64,000 nt of DNA, taken from contig OX597814.1 in assembly GCA_951406725.2 (NCBI GenBank), positions 167,152,001-167,216,000 on the forward strand, in the 5' to 3' direction. The stretch is from Octopus vulgaris (lineage: Eukaryota). Under the pieces are notes generated by a model. It saw only the letters and a list, made by a program, of their open reading frames with translations. It was not told the origin of the DNA and did no database searches. Position numbers and translations under genes: made by a program. Positions 52,101 to 62,908 of the stretch are shown piece by piece; positions within the stretch are counted from its first letter, which is position 1; the number at the start of each line of letters is the position of its first letter.

Positions 52101-55100
52101 TTAATCCTTATCTCCTGTCAAGGATTTGAATATAATGTAATATTACTTACTAGATACTGTTTAAATATTGATTTTTCTTCCACAGATAGTCACAGTTTCA
52201 GACTTATAGAGGAAGGGAAATGAGATTAAAAGATATTTTTCAGTGGTATTGGCAAAGAAATAGAAATGAAATAGCTATTATCAGAAGTGGGTCACATACT
52301 TAGATAGCTGGGAGCTTATTTTAAATTTATAGTTATAATTTATTAATTATTCATATCAATAAACTATGTCCATTTTAATCAAATGCTGTTTCTAACAGGA
52401 ATTCCATTAAATTTCTCTGATTCATTTATTAGTTAGATATCAGATCTTTTTGTAAAAGAGTACTCAGCTTTAGCATAGATAATAAAACTAGTTAGTTCTT
52501 GGAACTCTAAATCCACAAGTCCTGATTTTATTTGTAGTTGAGACCATTATGTTTCACCCTTAAGAGAGACAAGCATCACACAATCTCATTTAGATAATTA
52601 AAAATGTTTCTTAAATGTGGCACTGTCACTAAATTATGGAAAGCATATATCAGGTATGGGCTAAGTATATTGAGGAAAGAAGTATAATGAGATGATGTAA
52701 CCTCCTCACATAACTGTTGATGAACAAACAATTTTTTGTGAGTTTGTATTAGTGGAATGTGATAGTTTGGTTAATATTTTATTATCAGTAACAATTACTG
52801 AACAAAATATACCTAAGCTTATCCATCTCTCTAGCCCGCAACACTCAGTTTCACATCTGTACTATAGCCACATTAGACACAGGGTAATATTTTGAACCAT
52901 CTGAACATGGCTGTTGCCAGCGCTGTCTCGACTGGCCTCGTGCTGGTGGCACGTAAAAAGCACCAACCGATCGTGGCCATTGCCAGCCTCACCTGGCTCC
53001 CATGCCGGTGGCACATAAAAAGCACTATCCGATCATGGCCGTTTGCCAGCCTCGTCTGGCACCTGTGCCGGTGGCACGTAAAAAGCACCCACTACACTCA
53101 TGGAGTGGTTGGCGTTAGGAAGGGCATCCAGCCGTAGAAACATTGCCAGATCAGACTGGGCCTGGTGCAGCCTTCTGGCTTCCCAGACCCCAGTTGAACC
53201 GTCCAACTCATGCTAGCATGGAAAGCGGACACTAAACAATGATGATGATTTAAAAATATAAAAAAGTGCATCTTATATGCCAGAAAATATGGTACCTTTG
53301 CTTTTTTACACTTCCAGATTCAGTAAAATTGATTCCAGAAAGAGGTTTTCCAACACAACCTCAATCTGGTGACTAAAAATAACAGATGAATGAAACAAAA
53401 ATAAAAGAGATGGTGGAAATTTGTCTCCCCACTTGTGATATAAACAGCAATGCATTTTGCACCAAAAGTCAATATGAAAGTTTTTCTCATGGCAACTACC
53501 ACAGTATAGTTTGTTCAAATAGAACATCCACGTTTAAATGGGGATAAACATTACCTCTTGATATTAATACTGCCTTTTTAATAAGCTCACTAGCTAATTG
53601 TGACACCAGCACCTGTTCTAGCACTGTTATTTTATATATCACTGGCAGGGAGAGATTGCTGCCATCTCTCTCTGGTAGTGAATTATGTGGATGAAAAGGA
53701 GAAGATGAAGTGGTAAGTTGTAATTTAATTAAAAACTGTGAAAAAGATTTGGTTGAACTTTTTGGTTTAAAAAAAGGAAAAATAAAAAAAATAAATCCTG
53801 TATGAACATTTGTTTAAAAAGTTAAAAATTGTAAGGTAAAAAGGAAAAGGGAAGTTGCGGTTTCGCCTCGGAGTGCGACTAGAAATTGTTATGTAAAAGG
53901 TAAAGGTTTAAAGGAAAAGGAACCCACAGTTTCATCTTGCTGTGGGAGTGAGATGGCCATTTTATTTGCATTGTAATTTATTCATTTCACATTCATCCTT
54001 TCATGTGTTTTTTGTTCCTGCATGTCTATGTATGTCCCCTCTGTGTTTAGGCCTTGTACCAGTAATAAAGAGTTAATCTCTCTCTAGTGGTTGAGTATCT
54101 ATCATTGATAAGACCAAGGAAGGTCGAAATCATGTGACCTGGTGGTCTCAGCACTGGAAGTGGCAAATATTTATCTCCCCACTAGTGATATAAATAACTG
54201 CATTTTGCACCAAAAGCCAATATGAAAGTTTTCCCTGATGGTCACTACTGCAGTATAGTTTGTTCCAACAGAACATCCACATTTAAGTTGAGGTAAAAAA
54301 TAAAAGAATAAAATTTTTAAAATTTAAATTATAAAATAAAAATTGATGTAGTTTTCATTGATTTTACCTCTCTGCATACAAAGCATTCAACTGGAAAGGT
54401 CAGCATAATGGTGATTGTATAAACAATCCGTGCTACATTTACTAGGCTGTCATTGTAGCAATAATTCTCAAGAAGATCTCCTGAAATATAAAATGATAAT
54501 TAAAAGACATGTACATAAAGCTTTCCCAATAAATCAAACTAATTAGATGCATGTGGATTAAATTCTAACATTTTAACTGTAAATGTTAATTTTAAACAGG
54601 AAAAGGAAACTAGCTCATAAATCAGATAACATATTCTAGAATTTCATAAGCCTTACACTTGTCTCAAGAAGCTTTAAAGTATTGTTAACATTGCAGTTTG
54701 AATTCAGTAAGCAATAAAAGCAAGACAAAAAAAAATATAATTATACAGGGTGGGGCAGAGAGGACGGACGTTTGTGAAAAATTCACAAAATCATTAATTT
54801 TAGCTGCAAACAAATGTTATTGATATCAATGTGTTCATATTGAATTAGCATTTGTCAAAATCAAGTGTGGAAAATAACAACCATCATGTGGTGTCTGTTT
54901 TTATTGATGCAGTTCTGAAGGCATTCTTGGAAGTTGGCCTCCACTCTCTCCAGCGTTGCTCTGTTGATTTGGCAAATAGCTTCCATTAAATCATCCAATG
55001 TCCGGGGCTTATGTGCATATACATGTGTCTTGAGGTTTTCCCATAAGAGATAATCACACATAGAAAAATTAGGGGACTGAAAGGGCTAAGTATAGTCAGC

Positions 55101-55773
55101 AAATCTAGAAATGAGGTGGCCACTGAAGAGAGGGCGAAGAATATCCATTGATGCTCTGGCTGTGTGAGCCATCACCCCATCACACGTAAAATAGGAATAC
55201 GTTTTCATAATAACTCAGACACAAAGAAGTTGTTTATAATCTCAATGTAATGCTTGGAGTTTCCAGTAACAGCATTCCCATTATTGTCTTCAAAAAAGTA
55301 AAGACCAATGATGGTAGCTTTTCCAACAGCAAACCAGACTGTCACTTTGGGGCTGTGCAGTGGTCTTTCGTACAGTTCTCTCAGATTTTCAAGCACCCAA
55401 TAATGACATTTCTGTTGATTCACCATGCCATTGAAATAAAAGTGAGCTTCATCACTTATTAACAAAATGAAGTCATTTGCCTCAAAAATTGCTTCCATCT
55501 GACGTGTGAAGTTAAGCCACTGTGCATAGTCCCATTGTTTCAACTGTGGCCCAATGACCAATTTGTATGGGTGGAAATGCAGGTCTTCATGCAAAATACC
55601 TCTTACTGATCAATGCCAAGTTCAGTGGAATGGGCTTCTTTCAGTTTCCATATGCCAAATCCACTCATAAGTCATTGTTCCAGCCAGCCAGAGGTATAGT
55701 AGAAGACACTTGCCCAAGATTCCACACAGTGGGACTGAACCCCAAACCATTTATATACAGAGACGCATGGACA

Positions 55774-55804
<31 letters not shown>

Positions 55805-58800
55805 CAGTATATATATAAGACAGACAGACAGATAGCTAGATAGATAGATAGATAGGTAGATGGAGAGTCAGACAGACGGACAGCTATCTCAATCACTAAC
55901 AACAGTTTCTTATGCATCCTACTAATAAAACACACCAGCAACACACAAAAATTTTTCTCCAAAAGCAAAGGGGAAAAATACATCAATGAATATATATATG
56001 TATAGATATAATTTACCAACCCTGCGTGTAACCTGTGAAAGACACATAACCAACAATTCCAAATAGTAAGGTAAAAACTGTTGCTGCTGCTATGCTGGCG
56101 TGAGTTACATATCCCCATCTTGCTGTTGTTGGGTTCTCAAGTGATGTGTGTATCATGAAAGTATTGTGATGGCAGACATAAGCTGGAAATAAAACAGAAA
56201 TAAACATCTTAGTAATATCTTTGAAGAGGCCTGGCAACATAATCTAAGCAGACTAGTTCTTCATCTTTTTTTATGTTAGATATCTTCTGTTTCTTTGTTT
56301 TTCTTTACAGTATGGAAATGATCTTTCTAACTTATATTCTTCTATAATTCTTGGACATGACTTCCTTAAAGGAGTCTCTAAGGAGAATAATAACATTTGC
56401 TCTTCATTCAAGAAAGCTGCCAAGATAATGAAAGAGTGATCTTTTGGAGAATCACCCATGTAATTAATCGGATACTTCATGAAAATCTCTCTAACTCTTT
56501 TATCATCATTCTCTTCGTGGACAGTCTTTATCTGAATGGCTGCCTAAATCTGGAAGAGTTTTGCCAAAACAATTTAATCCCATGGCGGAAAAAATTATCA
56601 TATTAAGCTAATTAATGCAACTCATTACTATTCTCATATTAAATACTTAACTGACACAATATCATTTAAAGATATAACATCTTCAGCGTCCCGTGAACAG
56701 AGTTTCATTGGTGATTTACATGACATTGACTTGTTAAAGAATCTGGCCTAAGCAATTTACCATAGTGACATGCTGAACAGTTAGTCTCAACAAGTATGTA
56801 AGTAGGTGTAGTCCAATGTCAGCCTGCTTATGGAAGAGGAAATCACAGCTCCACCACTTGAAATTACTCATTGCTCCAGAAGAATCAAGAAAAAATTATA
56901 AAGACTATATCTTTCAAGTGTCAGTGAATGTTATAAATTGCTACTTGTGGTCCAGATATATAATCAAAAACCATAGCTGAGACAGGCAGCCAACCAGTAA
57001 CAAAATATTCACATGCATGATGAAACTGAACAAAATGATTGATTCTTAGCTCTGTCTCTCATTACAGTGGGAAGGTAGACATTACAATTAAAATTATTTC
57101 ATTTTTGGATATGGTTTGTAAGATTCTTTATATGATTTCATGTGTTTTTGTGTGTTGAAGCATATTCTGTTGTGTCTGAGGAGACTCATTTTCTTTTTGT
57201 GCCTTACAATGTAACACACTTACCGGTAAAATTTCCCCTTATTTATTATTTTTATTTTCCTAAAATTTTCGTTGCGTCTTGCAATGAAATAACGGACAGA
57301 GTCAAGACTATTGAAAAGGTTGCAAGATGCAACGAAAATTTTAGGAAAATAAAAATAAGAAATAAGTGGAAATTTTACCGGTAAGTGTGTTACATTATAA
57401 GGCACAAAAAGAAAACGACTCTCCCCAGACACAACAGATTACAATTAAAAGAAATATAAAAATGATGAAGGCAGTATAAACAGCAGCAGTGTGAGACAAT
57501 GATGTGGTTATAACGACTATGCGTATGATTATAGTAGTAGAAAATAATTTACAAAGTAATGATCTGTTCAGTCAAGTTAATTTTTGCTTCAAGTAGACAC
57601 TGGAAAGAAATGAAATAAATATAGAAAGTCTATATAGTCAAAACATATTCTTACCAAATGATATGATTCCTAAAGCATCTGTAAAATGTCCATTGGCAAA
57701 AGACCATGCATAGGGTGTTGCAGGACTGAAAGAGAGAAAAATATTTTATGGTTGGTGTTGTTTAATTAAGACATTATATATTCACATGTAAATATTTTTA
57801 GATGATATATTGTTGCAGTATTGTGAAATTTGATAGAGACAGTTTACCAGTGTGGAAGTCCATCAAATGGAACACTATTGCATATACTGTCTATCTGAGT
57901 ATTATACTACATGTACTGATAACTGTGGAATATTCAACTACTTACATTGTAATACAATAAATATGCAGTTCTGTCTGAGCACTTAGAAAACTCCTTATTG
58001 AGATAATTTATTGTGTGTGTTTATTTTTATTCTTTATCTATTTTATATGTAAACCAAAACAATAGAAATATAAATGTGACAAACTTGACTATTTCTCTGT
58101 AGATTTTGCAAAAAAAAAAAGGTGATGAACAGCCTTCATTGAGTGTCAAACCTTATTGTGATTCTCATCAGAAGTGTCTACATTAACTCGACCAATCACA
58201 GAGAAACAAGTAGCCAGTCTGTTAATATACTCAACAAATCCAGTAGCTCCAGAGAAGTGGGATTACTAACTTGCATACGCCAAGTGTTTAACACTTTATT
58301 TTAGTATCAGTGGTCTGTCAATGGGGTCTCAGTCCACACAGTATGAAGGTATGACATAATATATGTAAAGCTATGTTGTAGAAATATAAGCATGAGAAAT
58401 TTAACTATTTAACTGAAAAAAAAAAATGATAACTACCTTAATCAATTTTCAAGCCTTACTGGGATTTCATTAGAGGTGTCTACATCAATTTGCTCAATCT
58501 CAGAGAAACAAGCAGCCAGTCTGTTTATATACTCAACAAATCCAGTTGCTACAGATAACTGGAGCCAGTAATTTGTATTCCCTAAGTGTTTGTGAACAAT
58601 AATATCATTAGTTATAGGTTTCCTGAAGGACCAATCACTGGATCAGTGCAATTATGATGATCAGAGTGAAAAGTAATGTCAAGAATAGACACCACAAATT
58701 AATTTTGACTGAAAACACTTGCTATCTTCAATTTAGTTTTTGTGCCTATTGTCATTAATGTTGGGTAATGACTGAAGGAGTGGAAGCGCAATGGCCCAGT

Positions 58801-60712
58801 GGTTAGGGCAGCGGACTTGTGGTTGGAGGATCGCGGTTTCAATTCCCAGACTGGACGTTGTGTGTGTTCATTGAGCGAAAACACCTAAAAGCTCCACAAG
58901 GCTCCAGCAGGGGGTGGTGGCGACCCCTGTTGTACTCTTTTGCCACAACTTTCTCTCACTCTCTCTTCCTGTTTCTTGAGTAATGTTGTGATGGACTGGC
59001 GTCCTGTCCAGCTGGGGGAACATATATGCCACAGAAACTGGGAAACTGGGCCCATGAGCCTGGCTAGGCTTGAAAAGGGTGAGAAAAAGGAAAAAAATGA
59101 CTGAAGGAGTATGACTGTGAATCTCTTGAAGGAAAGTGAATGACTGCAAATCTCCTCAGTAACATAGCTTGACAGAGTGTATAGCTTAGAGATCAGCAAG
59201 TTTTTCCAAGTTGAGTCATTATTTTTCCACTTTGAGAGTGCTCAGCTCTGGTATAATGGATATACGGTTTGACTGTCACAGGAAAGGTTTGCCACACAGA
59301 TTCCTCAAAACTGAGCCAATTAGCAGGTGATCTAGGCGTAGACCATAAGCAAAAAGGTGGGTGAATATCCATAGTCTCAGTAGGTCATGCTTGGGAATCC
59401 AGCTAGAAAGTGTGATGATGGTTGCTTCTGATAGGACATTATGGAGAAGGTGCCTGAGAACTACCCCCATGAAAAGTGTGCGTTGAAAATGGAGGGTTAG
59501 ATGAACTACAGCTTTATCATTTTCTTTGTTAAATATTTTGCTTTGATAGTTTACTTGTATATAGTGGTGTAAAAATACATATATTTTTCTGCACCCATTT
59601 AATAGGTCCTGTCACTTAGTTTTTTGCAAAGTACCATATATGTTCATTGTTGTTTTCTGATTACCTCTGTTGGTTTATATGAATTATATATATATACACC
59701 TCAGTATGTGTAAGTATATTTATTTTATCTTTAGTTTACAAACAAGCACCTTCATTTATTGTCATATATATCTTGCTATAGCCTACATTTCTTCTCTTTT
59801 TTTTTTAACTAATAAGAGTTCCATAGACAACAGTAAATGTTAACAATTTGGGCAATTCAACATATTACATATGACAATTTCATTATTTTAATGGTTCACA
59901 ACCTGCCAAGAATCTTAAACAAATTTATTTATTAAAGCAAAATGTATCCAAAATTAGCAATTTCTTTAATGTAATTTTCCACAATCAGGGAAGAACTTAA
60001 GATAATTGAAATTTAACAATGAAATTAATTATGTAACATGTTAAATTTGGTAGTATATAATAAAAGGATGATTGTTTGAGGCAATTTAACAAATTAGCAA
60101 AAGAGTGAATAATTTTTAACAATTAAATTTTAATTATGAGATTTGGAAATTTTTTTACATAATTGGTAAATGACTTGTAATTTAATAATTTTTTTTTTAA
60201 ATGTTGAAGAATTTTTGGTAAAATGTCTGACAATTTTCAAAAATTAGCAAACTATGGCAAGGGATGAAGGACTGTGACAACTTGGCTCCAGAAATGGTAA
60301 AAAGATTCTCATTCAGATTAGCATGAAACATAACTGTTGGTCATTTTATTATAGGTTACTGCTATCTGCTGAATTTTCCTCCGTTTGAGATAAAATAGTA
60401 AGTTAGAGTGTGAAAGTGTATGAGTTCCCCAAAAAACTTGTCACATATACATAAGCAAATACTCATACATATTTTCATAATATGATTACTCATATACATG
60501 TCTATATATATCTTTATATTGAAAATTATGATAATAAAAGTCAATGATGATAACATTACAAATGACTTGATCTGTAAAGACAACTGGAACTGATAGTGGG
60601 AAAATTTTGAATTAGAATATCTTAATACTCACACCTTTGCTGTCATTGTAGGAAGACGAAAAATGATGACTAAGACAACAAAGAATATTAATAACAATGC
60701 CAGACCTGCCCA
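48880..60712 (-). CDS. SLC38A11: SLC38A11-like sodium-coupled neutral amino acid transporter, 3' six coding exons (5' exons outside window)
   Basis: Spliced 864 nt with Aa_trans-family motifs ALGIISFAYVCHHNTF, GYVSFTGYTQGDLLENYC, MLTFPVECFVCREVV, LGIVLALNGILAACPLAYIFP and CNHG; GT-AG introns keep frame. Confidence 0.9.
49298..49700 (+). mobile_element. OR-like tRNA-derived SINE, full length
   Basis: Near-identical to 18788-19281. Confidence 0.87.
49958..50188 (-). mobile_element. OK/Nin-domain-like SINE, full length
   Basis: ggcggcgagctagcagaaacgttagcac...gagttcaaattcc...; ~16-bp TSD-like aagcaat(t/c)taatttct; further copies at 35672-35857 and 60770-61348. Confidence 0.85.
51171..51308 (-). 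CDS. SLC38A11: SLC38A11-like exon (138 nt)
   Basis: VVQNLFLGLTEELCLWKHVLLTAVLVGFTGAISMTTECLGIVLALN; cag| ... |gtaagt. Confidence 0.93.
52905..53248 (+). mobile_element. RTE-tailed short retroposon with internal ~58-bp tandem units
   Basis: Three ggtggcac(g/a)taaaaagcac units, then ...gcatggaaagcggacactaaacaatgatgatga; many related copies (1497-1636, 7184-7400, 13620-13945). Confidence 0.7.
54368..54480 (-). CDS. SLC38A11: SLC38A11-like exon (113 nt)
   Basis: DLLENYCYNDSLVNVARIVYTITIMLTFPVECFVCRE; cag| ... |gtaaaa. Confidence 0.94.
54746..55625 (-). mobile_element. Decayed Tc1/mariner DD41D (rosa/Visitor-type) transposon, 3' half
   Basis: DLHFHPYK...SDEAHFYFNGMVNQQ...PLHSPKVTVW...CDYLLWENLKTHVYAHKPRTLDDL; TA|CAGGGTG terminus at 54746. 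Confidence 0.85.
56021..56182 (-). CDS. SLC38A11: SLC38A11-like exon (162 nt)
   Basis: YVCHHNTFMIHTSLENPTTARWGYVTH...GYVSFTGYTQ(G); cag| ... |gttggt. Confidence 0.93.
57160..57438. repeat. Long near-perfect inverted repeat (~120-bp arms, ~35-nt loop) in SLC38A11 intron
   Basis: tctgttgtgtctgaggagactcattttc...cttgcaa / ttgcaag...gaaaacgactctccccagacacaacaga. Confidence 0.92.
57655..57725 (-). CDS. SLC38A11: SLC38A11-like exon (71 nt)
   Basis: PATPYAWSFANGHFTDALGIISF(A); cag| ... |gtaag. Confidence 0.92.
58105..58592 (-). repeat. Diverged direct repeat, ~302-nt period, each unit with a decayed hammerhead core
   Basis: 58105-58290 resembles 58415-58592; cores CTGATGA...GACA (58171-58144) and CTAATGA...GAAA (58473-58447). 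Confidence 0.6.
58782..59095 (+). mobile_element. tRNA-derived SINE with 15-bp TSD
   Basis: AATGACTGAAGGAGT at 58767-58781 and 59096-59110; A/B-box tRNA head. Confidence 0.9.
60633..60712 (-). CDS. SLC38A11: SLC38A11-like exon (80 nt)
   Basis: WAGLALLLIFFVVLVIIFRLPTMTAK(V), a TM helix; strong pyrimidine tract-cag| ... |gtgagt; phase fits the next exon. Confidence 0.85.
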
Positions 60713-61405
60713 CTGAAACAAAAGAGAGAGAAAAATTATTAAAGGATACTGCCTTAATGACATATGTAACAATGGTTTCAAATTTTGGTACAGGGTCAGC
60801 AGTTTTTGAGGGGAGGGGAAGAGTCAATTACATCAACACCAGTACTTGACTCATGCTTATTTTATCAACCCTGACAGGATGAAAGGCAAAGTCAATCATT
60901 GCAGAATTTAAACTCTGAATATAAAGACAGACGAAATGCCACTAAGAATTTTGTCTGGCATGCTAATGATTCTGCCAGTTTACCACTTTAATGATACATA
61001 TATGAATGTTTTCAAATTTTGGCACAAGGCCAGCAATTTTGGGGTACAATTCCCACTGCTCAACTGATACTTATTTTATCAACCCTGAAAGGATAAAAGG
61101 CAAAGTCAACCTTAAAGGAATAATACATGATAATCCTTTCTACTGGAGGCACAAGGCATCAGATTTGTGGGGAGGGGACTAGACGATTATATCAACCCCA
61201 GTGTTTCACTGGTACTTAATTTATCGACCCCAAAACGATGAACAGCAAAGTCAACTTTGGCAGAATTTGAACTCAAAACATAGCAACAGACGAAATACTG
61301 CTAAGCATTTCGTCCAGTGCACTAACAATTCTACCAGCTCACCACCTTAATAACACATATAATAATAACACATAAAAGTACCCATTTGTTGCTGATTTTG
61401 AATAA

Positions 61406-61798
61406 TCTATATATATAAAGCTGAAGTTGTCTGTGTATGGCAGGTTTGGTAGCCTTCAACTAACACTATCTCTTCTGAGACCCTGCGGCACAAGTTGACC
61501 AAAATTGAGAGTATGATAGAAGAAGGCTTGCTCTTCTTTCTGTAGAAGAAAAAATTCAAATCGGACCATGTTAACACCAAACATTATTTCCATTAAAAAG
61601 GTGCTTTTTTTCTATGAAAATCCCTATTTGTTACGATTTTTGACTGCTGTGTCACCTTTTTTGGTGTATTTCAACCAGAAAAATGTTCACTTAAAGAGAA
61701 TAAGAAGCCAAGCTACATAATGCAAAATTTTTACTTTTCAAAAATTCCAATTCTAAAGGGTTGAAACAAACCCGAGCAATGCCAGGCGATACTGCTAG
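61406..61798 (+). mobile_element. Non-autonomous Helitron
   Basis: A|TCTATATATATAAAG ... CCCGAGCAATGCCAGG hairpin-CGATACTGCTAG|T. Confidence 0.8.
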
Positions 61799-62109
61799 TG
61801 TCTAATAAAATTACTTCATCTAATGTTCCACTCAAAACTAAGCTGACTAAAGTTGCTGAAACAAGTGTCCCATTATTTTTACCTTGTACATTTTCCACAA
61901 AGAGCACAAAATGAGAGAGAGAGACTGATCAATAAAATAAAAACAAATAAAAGCAAACAAAAATAAATATTTTACATTGACATTTAACAGTTGGGTTTCA
62001 CTTAATGCACTTTCTTAACAGCAGACATGCTTCGTAGTTTGATTTCACACTCATCAACATGCTTAAATACCATCTGTTAGATATTTCCTTCTTCATATCG
62101 AATAACCTT

Positions 62110-62908
62110 CTTTGCATGCATGGGTGTGTGTATATGTGCATGTGTGTATGTATGAATGCTTCTATATGCACGTGTGTGTATCCATACATATATTTGTGTG
62201 TTGATATGAGATGTGTGCTCTGTGTATATCTGTGTATATGTATGTGAATACGTGCATGTGTGTGTATGTGTGTGCATGTGTGTGTGTGTGCATTTGGTGT
62301 GTGTTCAAATAGGCACATGTGTTTGTATCAGTGTTTACATGTGCATGTATGTGTGTGTATGTAGATGTATGTGCATGCATGTTTGTATGCATGTGTGCAT
62401 GCACATCAACATGGATGATCTTGTATGCCTACATGTAATTGTTTGTGTATATGTATGCATGTGTGTTTTGTGTGAGAGCATGCATTGCTTGTATGCATGT
62501 ATGCATGCACATGTGAGTGGATGATCCTTTGTACCTGTGTGTGATTGTGTTTGTGTATGTGTTTCTATGTGTGAGTACATGTACGTTTGTATGCATGTTT
62601 ATATACACATGCATGTGAGTGATCTTGTATGCTTGCTTGTATGTTCCTCTGTGTGTGTGTGTTTGTGCATGCATATGCATGTGCTTTTATGTGTGCAATT
62701 GTGTGTGTGCATGCATGTTTGTATGCATGTCTGCATGGATGATTTTGTGTTATTTGCATATGTATATGTATTTATAGGTATGCATGCATGCACATATGTG
62801 TAAATGATCTTTTGCATCAATATGTGCTTGTTTGAGCGTGCATATGTTTGTGTGTCGGCATGTGTATGTATGCACAAATGCATAGGTATATGTATGAGTG
62901 AGTGTGTA
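62110..62908. repeat. Degenerate (TG/TA/CA) alternating purine-pyrimidine minisatellite
   Basis: ~800 bp of tgtgtgcatgtatg-like units with a recurring gatgatcttgt motif; explains the His/Thr- and Cys/Val-rich spurious ORFs. Confidence 0.9.

Noticed and set aside
58782-58855. tRNA genes at SINE heads
   Set aside because: They continue into SINE bodies with tails and TSDs and lack a clean acceptor stem, so they are SINEs rather than tRNA genes.
60362-60583. Hydrophobic ORF (IKSFVMLSSLTFIIII...) as a SLC38A11 exon
   Set aside because: The 80-nt exon at 60633-60712 has better splice signals and the expected size and phase; this ORF is probably AT-rich noise.
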